The notes below the pieces were generated by a model. It was not told the origin of the DNA and made no database searches. It worked only from the letters and a program-made list of their open reading frames with translations. Positions 41,501 through 56,500 of a stretch of DNA of 64,000 nt are shown piece by piece. The translations under genes and the position numbers were made by a program. The first letter of the stretch is position 1. Every line of letters begins with the position of its first letter. The DNA comes from the human T2T-CHM13v2.0 reference genome, Homo sapiens, in NCBI RefSeq assembly GCF_009914755.1, contig NC_060933.1; one strand, 5' to 3'.

Positions 41501-44500
41501 TCCATTCTATTCCATTCCATTCCCTTCCTTTCCGTTCCATTCCATTCCATTCCATTCCATTCCGTTCCGTTCCATTCCATTCCATTCCATTCTATTCGGG
41601 ATAATTCCATTCCATTCCATTCGATTGCAATCGAGTTGATTCCATTCCATTCCATTCCATTCCATTCCATTCCATTCCATTCCTTTCCATTCCATTACGG
41701 ATGATTCCATTCCATTGCATTCCATTCCATTCCATTCCCCTGTACTCGGGTTGATTCCATTCCATTCCATTCCAATCCATGTCATTCCACTCGTGTTGAT
41801 TCCATTCTTTCCATTCCATTCAAGTTGAATCCATTCCATTGTATTCCATTCCATTCGATTCCATTCGATTGCACTCGGGTTGATTCCATTCCATTGCATT
41901 CCATTCCATTCCATTCCATTCCATTCCATTCCATTCCATTCCATTCCGTTCCATTCCATTCCATTACATTCCGATAGATTCTATTCAATTCCCTTACACT
42001 CCATTACATTCCATTCCATTCGGGTAGTTTCCATTCCATTACATTCCATTCCTCTCCATTTCATTGAACTCGGGTTGATTCCATTCCATTGCATTCCATT
42101 CCATTCCATTCCATTCCATTCCGTTGCTTTCCATTCCATTACATTCGGATTGATTCTATTCAACTCCCTTACTCTCCATTACATTCCATTCCATTCGGGT
42201 TGTTCCATTCCATTCCATTCCATTCCACTCCATTCCATTGCACTCAGGTTGATTCCATTCCATTCCATTCCATTCCATACCATTCCATTCCATTCCATTC
42301 CATTCCATTCCATTCCGTTCCATTCCGTTCCATTCCATTCCATTCAATTCTATTCGGATTAATTGCATTCCATTCCATTTCATTCCATTCTATTCCATTC
42401 CATTGCAATCGATTTGAATCCATTGCATATCATTCCATTCCATTCCATTCCATTCCATTCCGGAAGTTTCCATTCCATTGCATTCCATTCCATTCCATTC
42501 CCCTGCACTCGCGTTGATTCCATTCCATTCCATTCCATTCCGTTCCGTTCCATGCCATTCCATTCCATTCCGTTCCGTTCCATTCCATTCCATTCCATTC
42601 TATTCGGGTTAATTCCATTCCATTCCATTCGATTGCAATCGAGTTGATTCCATTCCATTCCATTCCATTCCATTCCATTCCATTCCATTCCATTCCTTTC
42701 CATTCCATTACGGATGATTCCATTCCATTGCATTCCATTCCATTCCATTCCCCTGTACTCGGGTTGATTCCATTCCATTCCATTCCATTCCAATCCATGC
42801 CATTCCACTCGTGTTGATTCCATTCTTTCCATTCCATTCAAGTTGATTCCATTCCATTGCATTCCATTCCATTCGATTCCATTCGATTGCACTCGGGTTG
42901 ATTCCATTCCATTCCATTCCATTCCATTCCATTCCATTCCGTTCCGTTCCATTCCATTCCATTCTATTCCGTTCCGTTCCCTTCCATTCCATTCCATTCC
43001 ATTCTATTCGGGTTAATTCCATTCCATTCCATTCGATTGCAATCGAGTTGATTCCATTCCATTCCATTCCATTCCATTCCATTCCATTCCATTCCATTCC
43101 TTTCCATTCCATTACGGATGATTCCATTCCATTGCATTCCATTCCATTCCATTCCCCTGTACTCGGGTTGATTCCATTCCATTCCATTCCAATCCATGCC
43201 ATTCCACTCGTGTTGATTCCATTCTCTCCATTCCATTCAAGTTGATTCCATTCCATTGCATTCCATTCCATTCGATTCCATTCGATTGCACTCGGGTTGA
43301 TTCCATTCCATTGCATTCCATTCCATTCCATTCCATTCCATTCCATTCCATTCCGTTCCATTCCATTCCATTACATTCGGATTGATTCTATTCAATTCCC
43401 TTACACTCCATTACATTCCATTCCATTCGGGTAGTTTCCATTCCATTCCATTCCATTCCTCTCCATTCCATTGCACTCGGGTTGACTCCATTCCATTGTA
43501 TTCCATTCCATTCCATTCAATTCCATTCCGTTCCATTCCATTCCATTACATTCGGATTGATTCTATTCAACTCCCTTACTCTCCATTACATTCCATTCCA
43601 TTCGGGTTGTTCCATTCCATTCCATTCCACTCCATTCCATTGCACTCGGGTTGATTCCATTCCATTCCATTCCATTCCATTCCATTCCGGAAGATTCCAT
43701 TCCATTGCATTCCATTCCATTCCATTCCCCTGCACTCGCATTGATTCCATTCCATTCCATTCTATTCCATTCCATTCCCTTCCTTTCCGTTCCATTCCAT
43801 TCCATTCCATTCCATTCCGTTCCGTTCCATTCCATTCCATTCCATTCTAATCGGGTTAATTCCATTCCATTCCATTCGATTGCAATCGAGTTGATTCCAT
43901 TCCATTCCATTCCATTCCATTCCATTCCATTCCTTTCCATTCCATTACGGATGATTCCATTCCATTGCATTCCATTCCATTCCATTCCCCTGTACTCGGG
44001 TTGATTCCATTCCATTCCATTCCAATCCATGTCATTCCACTCGTGTTGATTCCATTCTTTCCATTCCATTCAAGTTGAATCCATTCCATTGTATTCCATT
44101 CCATTCGATTCCATTCGATTGCACTCGGGTTGATTCCATTCCATTGCATTCCATTCCATTCCATTCCATTCCATTCCATTCCTTTCCGTTCCATTCCATT
44201 CCATTACATTCGGATTGATTCTATTCAATTCCCTTACACTCCATTACATTCCATTCCATTCGGGTAGTTTCCATTCCATTCCATTCCATTCCTCTCCATT
44301 CCATTGAACTCGGGTTGATTCCATTCCATTGCATTCCATTCCATTCCATTCCATTCCATTCCGTTCCATTCCATTCCATTACATTCGGATTGATTCTATT
44401 CAACTCCCTTACTCTCCATTACATTCCATTCCATTCGGGTTGTTCCATTCCATTCCATTCCATTCCACTCCATTCCATTGCACTCGGGTTTATTCCATAC

Positions 44501-47500
44501 CATTCCATTCCATTCCATTCAATTCCATTCCATTCCGGAAGATTCCATTCCATTGCATTCCATTCCATTCCATTCCTCTGCACTCGCGTTGATTCCATTC
44601 CATTCCATTCCATTCCATTCCATTCCATTCCGTTCCGTTCCATTCCATTCCATTCCATTCCATTCCATTCCATTCCATTCCGTTCCGTTCCGTTCCATTC
44701 CATTCCATTCAATTCTATTCGGGTTAATTCCATTCCATTCCATTCGATTGCAATCGAGTTGATTCCATTCCATTCCATTCCATTCCATTCCATTCCTTTC
44801 CATTCCATTCCATTCCTTTCCATTCCATTACGGATGATTCCATTCCATTGCATTCCATTCCATTCCATTCCCCTGTACTCGGGTTGATTCCATTCCATTC
44901 CATTCCAATCCATGCCATTCCACTCGTGTTGATTCCATTCTTTCCATTCCATTCAAGTTGAATCCATTCCATTGCATTCCGTTCCATTCCATTCCCCTGC
45001 AGTCGGGTTGATTCCCTTCCATTCCATTCCATTCCATTCCATTCCATTCCAATCAAGTTGATTCCATTCCATTCCATTCCATTGCATTGTATTCCATTCC
45101 ACTCCATTCCAGTCCTTTCCATTCCATTCCACCCGGGTTGATTCCAATGTATTCCTTTCCATTCCATTCCATTCCATTGCAATCGAGTTGATTCCATTGC
45201 TTTGCATTCCATTCCATTCGATTCCATTCCGGATGATTCCATTCCATTGCATTCCATTCCATTCCATTCCCCTGCACTCGGGTTGATTCCATTCCATTCC
45301 ACTCCATTCCATTCCATTCCATTCCATTCCATTGTATTCGGGTTAATTCCATTCCATTCCATTCCATTCCATTCCATTCCATTCCATTACAATCGAGTTG
45401 ATTCCATTCCATTCCATTCCAGTCCAGTCCTTTCCATTCCATTCCACTCGGGTTGATTCCATTCTATTAGTTTCCATTCCATTCCATTCCCTTCCATTGT
45501 ATTCGCGTTAATTCCATTCCATTCCATTCCATTCCATTCCATTCCATTCCATTCCATTACAAACGAGTTGATTCCATTCCATTCCATTCCATTCCAGTCC
45601 TTTCCATTCCATTCCACTCGGGTTGATTCCATTCTATTAGTTTCCATTCCATTCCATTCCCTTCCATTCCACTCTGGTTGATTCCATTCCTTTCCATTCC
45701 ACTCGAATACATTCCCTCCTATTCCACTCGGAACGATTCCATTCCATTCCATTCCATTCCTTTCCATTCAATTCCATTTCGTTCCATTCCATTCTATTCC
45801 GTATCATTCCATTCCATTCCATTCCATTCCATTCCATTCCACTCCATTGTACTCGGGTTGATTCCATTCCATTGCATTCCATTCCATTCCATTCCGTTGC
45901 ATTCCATTCCATTACATTCGGATTGATTCTATTCAACTCCCTTACTCTCCATTACATTCCATTCCATTCGGGTTGTTCCATTCCATTCCATTCCATTCCA
46001 CTCCATTCCATTGCACTCGTGTTGATTCCATTCCATTCCATTCCATTCCATTCCATTCCGGATGATTCCATTCCATTTCATTCCGTTCCATTACATTCCC
46101 CTGCACTCGCGTTGATTCCATTCCATTCCATTCCATTCCATTCAATTCCATTCCATTACAATTCGTTCCATTCCATTCTATTCCGTACCATTCCATTCCA
46201 TTCCATACCATTCCATTCCATTCCATCCCATTCCATTCCGTTCCATTCCGTTCCATTCCATTCCATTCCATTCTATTCGGATTAATTCCATTCCATTCCA
46301 TTTCATTCCATTCTATTCCATTCCATTGCAATCGAGTTGAATCCATTGCATTTCATTCCATTCCATTCCATTCCATTCCATTCCGGAAGTTTCCATTCCA
46401 TTGCATTCCATTCCATTCCATTCCCCTGCACTCGCGTGGATTCCATTCCATTCCATTCCATTCCATTCCGTTCCGTTCCATTCCATTCCATTCCATTCCG
46501 TTCCGTTCCATTCCATTCCATTCCATTCTATTCGGGTTAATTCCATTCCATTCCATTCGATTGCAATCGAGTTGATTCCATTCCATTCCATTCCATTCCA
46601 TTCTATTCCATTCCATTCCATTCCATTCCTTTCCATTCCATTACGGATGATTCCATTCCATTGCATTCCATTCCATTCCATTCCCCTGTACTCGGGTTGA
46701 TTCCATTCCATTCCATTCCAATCCATGCCATTCCACTCGTGTTGATTCCATTCTTTCCATTCCATTCAAGTTGATTCCATTCCATTGCATTCCATTCCAT
46801 TCAATTCCATTCGATTGCACTCGGGTTGATTCCATTCCATTGCATTCCATTCCATTCCATTCCATTCCATTCCATTACATTCCATTCCATTACATTCGGA
46901 TTGATTCTATTCAATTCCCTTACACTCCATTACATTCCATTCCATTCGGGTAGTTTCCATTCCATTCCATTCCATTCCTCTCCATTCCATTGCACTCGGG
47001 TTGATTCCATTCCATTGCATTCCATTCCATTCCATTCCATTCCATTGCGTTCCATTCCATTCCATTACATTCGGATTGATTCTATTCAACTCCCTTACTC
47101 TCCATTACATTCCATTCCATTCGGGTTGTTCCATTCCATTCCATTCCATTCCACTCCATTCCATTGCACTCGGGTTGATTCCATTCCATTCCATTCCATT
47201 GCATTCCATTCCATTCCATTCCCCTGCACTCTCGTTGATTCCATTCCATTCCATTCTATTCCATTCCATTCCCTTCCTTTCCGTTCCATTCTATTCCATT
47301 CCATTCCATTCCGTTCCGTTCCATTCCATTCCATTCCATTCTATTCGGGTTAATTCCATTCCATTCCATTCGATTGCAATCGAGTTGATTCCATTCCATT
47401 CCATTCCATTCCATTCCATTCCATTCCTTTCCATTCCATTCCATTCCTTTCCATTCCATTACGGATGATTCCATTCCATTGCATTCCATTCCATTCCATT

Positions 47501-47520
47501 CCCCTGTACTCGGGTTGATT
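38600..47520 (+). repeat. ~3.1-kb segment repeated at ~5.75-kb offset (38.6-41.76 kb / 44.34-47.52 kb)
   Basis: Shared rare variants GGGTTTATTCCATACC (~38752/44487), ACTCGCGTGG (40681/46430) and ACTCTCGTTG (~41479/47228). ORF pairs 39939/45678, 40554/46303, 41077/46826. Confidence 0.85.
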
Positions 47521-50500
47521 CCATTCCATTCCATTCCAATCCATGCCATTCCACTCGTGTTGATTCCATTCTTTCCATTCCATTCAAGTTGAATCCATTC
47601 CATTGCATTCCATTCCATTCCATTCCCCGGCAGTCGGGTTGATTCCATTCCATTGCATTCCATTCCATTCCATTCCATTCCATTCCATTCCATTCCAATC
47701 AAGTTGATTCCATTCCATTCCATTCCATTGCATTCCATTCCATTCCACTCCATTCCAGTCCTTTCCATTCCATTCTACTCGGGTTGATTCCAATGTATTC
47801 CTTTCCATTCCATTCCATTCCATTGCAATCGAGTTGATTCCAATGCTTTGCATTCCATTCCATTCGATTCCATTCCGGATGATTCCATTCCATTGCATTC
47901 CATTCCATTCCATTCCCCTGCAGTCGGGTTGATTCCATTCCATTCCACTCCATTCCATTCCATTCCATTCCATTCCATTGTATTCGGGTTAATTCCATTC
48001 CATTCCATTCCATTCCATTCCATTCCATTACAATCGAGATGATTCCATTCCATTCCATTCCATTCCAGTCCTTTCCATTCCATTCCACTCGGGTTGATTC
48101 CATTCTATTAGTTTCCATTCCATTCCATTCCCTTCCATTGTATTCGGTTTAATTCCATTCCATTCCATTCCATTCCATTCCATTCCATTCCATTCCATTA
48201 CAAACGAGTTGATTCCATTCCATTCCATTCCATTCCAGTCCTTTCCATTCCATTCCACTCGGGTTGATTCCATTCTATTAGTTTCCATTCCATTCCATTC
48301 CCTTCCATTCCACTCTGGTTGATTCCATTCCTTTCCATTCCACTCGAATACATTCCCTCCTATTCCACTCGGAACCATTCCATTCCATTCCATTCCATTC
48401 AATTCCATTCCATTACAATTCGTTCCATTCCATTCTATTCCGTACCATTCCATTCCATTCCATACCATTCCATTCCATTCCATCCCATTCCATTCCGTTC
48501 CATTCCGTTCCATTCCATTCCATTCTATTCGGATTAATTGCATTCCATTCCATTTCATTCCATTCTGTTCCATTCCATTGCAATCGAGTTGAATCCATTG
48601 CATTTCATTCCATTCCATTCCATTCCATTCCATTCCGGAAGTTTCCATTCCATTGCATTCCATTCCATTCCATTCCCCTGCACTCGCGTTGATTCCATTC
48701 CATTCCATTCCAATCCATGCCCTTCCACTCGTGTTGATTCCATTCTTTCCTTTCCATTCAAGTTGAATCCATTCCATTGCATTCCATTCCATGCGATTCC
48801 ATTCGATTGCACTCGGGTTGATTCCATTCCATTGCATTCCATTCCATTCCATTACATTCCATTCCGTTCCATTCCATTTCATTACATTCAGATTGATTCT
48901 ATTCAATTCCCTTACACTCCATTATATTCCTATCCATTCTGGTTGTTTCCATTCCATTCCATTCCATTTCACTCCATTCCATTGCACTCGGGTTGATTCC
49001 ATTCCATTCCATTCCACTGCATTCCATTCCTTTCCATTCCGGATGATTCCATTCCATTGCATTCCATTCCATTCCATTCCGCTGCACTCGGGTTGATTCC
49101 ATTCCATTCCATTCCATTACATTCCGTTCCATTCCATTCCATTCCATTCGGATTGTTTCTATTCAATTCCCTTACACTCCATTACATTCCATTCCATTCG
49201 GGTAGTTTCCATTCCATTCCATTCCATTCCTCTCCATTCCATTGCACTCGGGTTGATTCCATTCCATTCCATTCCATTCCATTCCATTCCATTCCATTCC
49301 ATTACATTACATTACATTCCGTTCCATTGTACTCGGTTTGATTCCATTCCATTGCATTCCATTCCATTCCATTCCATTCCATTCCGTTCCATTCCATTAC
49401 ATTCGGATTGATTCTATTCAACTCCCTTACTCTCCATTACATTCCATTCCATTCGGGTTGTTCCATTCCATTCCATTCCATTCCACTCCATTCCATTGCA
49501 CTCGGGTTGATTGCATTCCATTCCATTCCATTCCATTCCATTCCATTCCATTCCGGATGATTCCATTCCATTGCATTCCGTTCCATTACATTTCCCTGCA
49601 CTCGGGTTGATTCCATTCCATTCCATTCCATTCCATTCCATTCCGTTCCGTTCCGTTCCATTCCATTCCATTCAATTCTATTCGGGTTAATTCCATTCCA
49701 TTCCATTCGATTGCAATCGAGTTGATTCCATTCCATTCCATTCCATTCCATTCCATTCCTTTCCATTCCATTCCATTCCTTTCCATTCCATTACGGATGA
49801 TTCCATTCCATTGCATTCCATTCCATTCCATTCCCCTGTACTCGGGTTGATTCCATTCCATTCCATTCCAATCCATGCCATTCCACTCGTGTTGATTCCA
49901 TTCTTTCCATTCCATTCAAGTTGAATCCATTCCATTGCATTCCGTTCCATTCCATTCCCCTGCAGTCGGGTTGATTCCATTCCATTCCATTCCATTCCAT
50001 TCCATTCCATTCCAATCAAGTTGATTCCATTCCATTCCATTCCATTGCATTGCATTCCATTCCACTCCATTCCAGTCCTTTCCATTCCATTCCACTCGGG
50101 TTGATTCCAATGTATTCCTTTACATTCCATTCCATTCCATTTCAATCGAGTTGATTCCATTGCTTTGCATTCCATTCCATTCGATTCCATTCCGGATGAT
50201 TCCATTCCATTGCATTCCATTCCATTCCATTCCCCTGCACTCGGGTTGATTCCATTCCATTCCACTCCATTCCATTCCATTCCATTCCATTCCATTTTAT
50301 TCGGGTTAATTCCATTCCATTCTATTGCATTCCATTCCATTCCATTACAATCGAGTTGATTCCATTCCATTCCATTCCATTCCAGTCCTTTCCATTCCAT
50401 TCCACTCGGGTTGATTCCATTCTATTAGTTTCCATTCCATTCCATTCCCTTCCATTGTATTCGGTTTAATTCCATTCCATTCCATTCCATTCCATTCCAT

Positions 50501-53500
50501 TCCATTACAAACGAGTTGATTCCATTCCATTCCATTCCATTCCAGTCCTTTCCATTCCATTCCACTCGGGTTGATTCCATTCTATTTGTTTCCATTCCAT
50601 TCCATTCCCTTCCATTCCACTCTGGTTGATTCCATTCCTTTCCATTCCACTCGAATACATTCCCTCCTATTCCACTCGGAACGATTCCATTCCATTCCAT
50701 TCCATTCCTTTCCATTCAATTCCATTTCGTTCCATTCCATTCTATTCCGTATCATTCCATTCCATTCCATTCCATTCCATTCCATTCCATTCCATTCCAT
50801 TGTACTCGGGTTGATTCCATTCCATTGCATTCCATTCCATTCCATTCCATTCCATTCCGTTGCTTTCCATTCCATTACATTCGGATTGATTCTATTCAAC
50901 TCCCTTACTCTCCATTACATTCCATTCCATTCGGGTTGTTCCATTCCATTCCATTCCATTCCACTCCATTCCATTGCACTCTGGTTGATTCCATTCCATT
51001 CCATTCCATTCCATTCAATTCCATTCCGGATGATTCCATTCCATTGCATTCCGTTCCATTACATTCCCCTGCACTCGCGTTGATTCCATTCCATTCCATT
51101 CCATTCCATTCAATTCCATTCCATTACAATTCGTTCCATTCCATTCTATTCCGTACCATTCCATTCCATTCCATACCATTCCATTCCATTCCATTCCATT
51201 CCATTCCATTATGTTCCATTCCGTTCCATTCCATTCCATTCCATTCTATTCGGATTAATTGCATTCCTTTCCATTTCATTCCATTCTATTCCATTCCATT
51301 GCAATCGAGTTGAATCCATTGCATTTCTTTCCATTCCATTCCATTCCATTCCATTCCGGAAGTTTCCATTCCATTGCATTCCATTCCATTCCATTCCCCT
51401 ACACTCGCGTTGATTCCATTCCATTCCATCCATTCCATTCCGTTCCGTTCCATTCCATTCCATTCCATTCCGTTCCGTTGCATTCCATTCCATTCCATTC
51501 TATTCGGGTTAATTCCATTCCATTCCTTTCGATTGCAATCGAGTTGATTCCATTCCATTCCATTCCATTCCATTCCATTCCATTCCATTCCTTTCCATTC
51601 CATTACGGATGATTCCATTCCATTGCATTCCATTCCATTCCATTCCCCTGTACTCGGGTTGATTCCATTCCATTCCATTCCAATCCATGCCATTCCACTC
51701 GTGTTGATTCCATTCTTTCCATTCCATTCAAGTTGATTTCATTCCATTGCATTCCATTCCATTCGATTCCATTCGATTGCACTCGGGTTGATTCCATTCC
51801 ATTGCATTCCATTCCATTCCATTCCATTCCATTCCATTCCATTCCATTCCATTCCATTCCGTTCCATTCCATTCCATTACATTCGGATTGATTCTATTCA
51901 ATTCCCTTACACTCCATTACATTCCATTCCATTCGGGTAGTTTCCATTCCATTCCATTCCATTCCTCTCCATTCCATTGCACTCGGGTTGACTCCATTCC
52001 ATTGCATTCCATTCCATTCCATTCAATTCCATTCCGTCACATTCCATTCCATTACATTCGGATTGATTCTATTCAACTCCCTTACTCTCCATTACATTCC
52101 ATTCCATTCGGGTTGTTCCATTCCATTCCATTCCATTCCACTCCATTCCATTGCACTCGGGTTGATTCCATTCCATTCAATTCCATTCCATTCCGGAAGA
52201 TTCCATTCCATTGTATTCCATTCCATTCCATTCCCCTGCACTCGCGTTGATTCCATTCCATTCCATTCTATTCCATTCCATTCCCTTCCTTTCCGTTCCA
52301 TTCCATTCCATTCCATTCCATTCCATTCCATTCCGTTCCGTTCCATTCCATTCCATTCCATTCTATTCGGGTTAATTCCATTCCATTCCATTCGATTGCA
52401 ATCGTGTTGATTCCATTCCATTCCATTCCATTCCATTCCATTCCATTCCATTCCATTCCTTTCCATTGCATTACGGATGATTCCATTCCATTGCATTCCA
52501 TTCCATTCCATTCCCCTGTACTCGGGTTGATTCCATTCCATTCCATTCCAATCCATGCCATTCCACTCGTGTTGATTCCATTCTTTCCATTGCATTCAAG
52601 TTGAATCCATTCCATTGCATTCCATTCCATTCCATTCCTCTGCAGTCGGTTTGATTCCATTCCATTCCATTCCATTCCATTCCATTCCATTCCATTCCAA
52701 TCAAGTTGATTCCATTCCATTCCATTCCATTGCATTCCATTCCATTCCACTCCATTCCAGTCCTTTCCATTCCATTCCACTCGGGTTGATTCCAATGTAT
52801 TCCTTTCCATTCCATTCCATTCCATTGCAATCGAGTTGATTCCATTGCTTTGCATTCCATTCCATTCGATTCCATTCCGGATGATTCCATTCCATTGCAT
52901 TCCATTCCATTCCATTCACCTGCACTCGGGTTGATTCCATTCCATTCCACTCCATTCCATTCCATTCCATTCCATTCCATTGTATTCGGGCTAATTCCAT
53001 TCCATTCCATTCCATTCCATTCCATTCCATTCCATTCCATTACAATCGAGTTGATTCCATTCCATTCCATTCCATTCCAGTCCTTTCCATTCCATTCCAC
53101 TCGGGTTGATTCCATTCTATTAGTTTCCATTCCATTCCATTCCCTTCCATTGTATTCGCGTTAATTCCATTCCATTCCATTCCATTCCATTCCATTCCAT
53201 TCCATTACAAACGAGTTGATTCCATTCCATTCCATTCCATTCCAGTCCTTTCCATTCCATTCCACTCGGGTTGATTCCATTCTATTAGTTTCCATTCCAT
53301 TCCATTCCCTTCCATTCCACTCTGGTTGATTCCATTCCTTTCCATTCCACTCGAATACATTCCCTCCTATTCCACTCGGTACGATTCCATTCCATTCCAT
53401 TCCATTCCTTTCCATTCAATTCCATTTCGTTCCATTCCATTCTATTCCGTATCATTCCATTCCATTCCATTCCATTCCATTCCATTCCACTCCATTGTAC

Positions 53501-56500
53501 TCGGGTTGATTCCATTCCATTGCATTCCATTCCATTCCATTCCATTCCATTCCGTTGCATTCCATTCCATTACATTCGGATTGATTCTATTCAACTCCCT
53601 TACTCTCCATTACATTCCATTCCATTCGGGTTGTTCCATTCCATTCCATTCCATTCCACTCCATTCCATTGCACTCGTGTTGATTCCATTCCATTCCATT
53701 CCATTCCATTCCATTCCGGATGATTCCATTCCATTTCATTCCGTTCCATTACATTCCCCTGCACTCGCGTTGATTCCATTCCATTCCATTCCATTCCATT
53801 CAATTCCATTCCATTACAATTCGTTCCATTCCATTCTATTCCGTACCATTCCATTCCATTCCATACCATTCTATTCCATTCCATCCCATTCCATTCCGTT
53901 CCATTCCGTTCAATTCCATTCCATTCCGTTCCATTCCATTCCATTCCATTCTATTCGGATTAATTCCATTCCATTCAATTCCATTCCATTCTATTCCATT
54001 CCATTACAATCGAGTTGATCCCATTCCATTCCATTCCATTCCAGTCCTTTCCATTCCATTCCACTCGGGTTGATTCCATTCTATTAGTTTCCATTCCATT
54101 CCATTCCCTTCCATTCCACTCTGGTTGATTCCACTCCTTTCCATTCCACTCGAATACGTTCCCTCCTATTCCACTCGGAACGATTCCATTCCATTGCATT
54201 CCATTCCATTGCATTGCATTCCATTCCATTCCATTCCATTTCGTTCCATTCCATTCTATTCCGTATCATTCCATTCCATTCCATTCCATTCCATTCCATT
54301 CCATTCCATTGTACTCGGGTTGATTCCATTCCATTGCATTCCATTCCATTCCATTCCATTCCATTCCATTCCATTCCGTTGCATTCCATTCCATTACATT
54401 CGGATTGATTCTATTCAATTCCCTTACACTCCATTAGATTCCATTCCATTCGGGTAGTTTCCATTCCATTCCATTCCATTCCTCTCCATTCCATTGCACT
54501 TGGGTTGATTCCATTCCATTGCATTCCATTCCATTCCATTCAATTCCATTCCGTTCCATTCCATTCCATTACATTCGGATTGATTCTATTCAACTCCCTT
54601 ACTCTCCATTATATTCCATTCCATTCGGGTTGTTCCATTCCATTCCATTCCATTTCACTCCATTCCATTGCACTCGGGTTGATTCCATTCCATTCCATTC
54701 CATTCCATTCCATTCCATTCCATTCCGGAAGATTCCATTCCATTGCATTCCATTCCATTCCATTCCCCTGCACTCGCGTTGATTCCATTCCATTCCATTC
54801 CGTTCCGTTCCATTCCATTCCATTCCATTCCATTCCGTTCCGTTCCATTCCATTCCATTCCATTCTATTCGGGTTAATTCCATTCCATTCCATTCGATTG
54901 CAATCGTGTTGATTCCATTCCATTCCATTCCAATCCATTCCATTCCATTCCATTCCTTTCCATTCCATTACGGATGATTCCATTCCATTGCATTCCATTC
55001 CATTCCATTCCCCTGTACTCGGGTTGATTCCATTCCATTTCATTCCAATCCATGCCATTCCACTCGTGTTGATTCCATTCTTTCCATTCCATTCAAGTTG
55101 AATCCATTCCATTGCATTCCATTCCATTCGATTCCATTCGATTGCACTCGGGTTGATTCCATTCCATTGCATTCCATTCCATTCCATTCCATTGCATTCC
55201 ATTCCATTCCATTACATTCGGATTGATTTTATTCAATTCCCTTACACTCCATTACATTCCATTCCATTCGGGTAGTTTCCATTCCATTCCATTCCATTCC
55301 TCTCCATTCCATTGCGCTCGGGTTGATTCCATTCCATTGCATTCCATTCCATTCCATTCAATTCCATTCCGTTCCATTCCATTCCATTACATTCGGATTG
55401 ATTCTATTCAACTCCCTTACTCTCCATTACATTCCATTCCATTCGGGTTGTTCCATTCCATTCCATTCCATTCCACTCCATTCCATTGCACTCGGGTTGA
55501 TTCCATTCCATTCCATTCCATTCCATTCCATTCCATTCCATTCCGTTCCGGAAGATTCCATTCCATTGCATTCCATTCCATTCCATTCCCCTGCACTGGC
55601 GTTGATTCCATTCCATTCCATTCTATTCCATTCCATTCCCTTCCTTTCCGTTCCATTCCATTCCATTCCATTCCATTCCATTCCGTTCCGTTCCATTCCA
55701 TTCAATTCCATTCTATTCGGGTTAATTCCATTCCATTCCATTCGATTGCAATCGAGTTGATTCCATTCCATTACATTCCATTCCATTCCATTCCATTCTA
55801 TTCCTTTCCATTCCATTACGGATGATTCCGTTCCATTGCATTCCATTCCATTCCATTCCCCTGTACTCGGGTTGATTCCATTCCATTCCATTCCAATCCA
55901 TGCCATTCCACTCGTTTTGATTCCATTCTTTCCATTCCATTCAAGTTGAATCCATTCCATTGCATTCCATTCCATTTGATTCCATTCGATTGCACTCGGG
56001 TTGATTCCATTCCATTGCATTCCATTCCATTCCATTCCATTCCATTCCATTCTATTCCGTTCCATTCCATTCCATTACATTCGGATTGATTCTATTCAAT
56101 TCCCTTACACTCCATTACATTCCATTCCATTCGGGTAGTTTCCATTCCATTCCATTCCATTCCTCTCCATTCCATTGAACTCGGGTTGATTCCATTCCAG
56201 TGCATTCCATTCCATTCCATTCAATTCCATTCCGTTCCATTCCATTCCATTACATTCGGATTCATTCTATTCAACTCCCTTACTCTCCATTACATTCCAT
56301 TCCATTCGGGTTGTTCCATTCCATTCCATTCCATTCCACTCCATTCCATTGCACTCGGGTTGATTCCATTCCATTGCATTCCATTCCATTCCATTCCCCT
56401 GCACTCGCGTTGATTCCATTCCATTCCATTCTATTCCATTCCATTCCCTTCCTTTCCGTTCCATTCCATTCCATTCCATTCCATTCTATTCGGGTTAATT

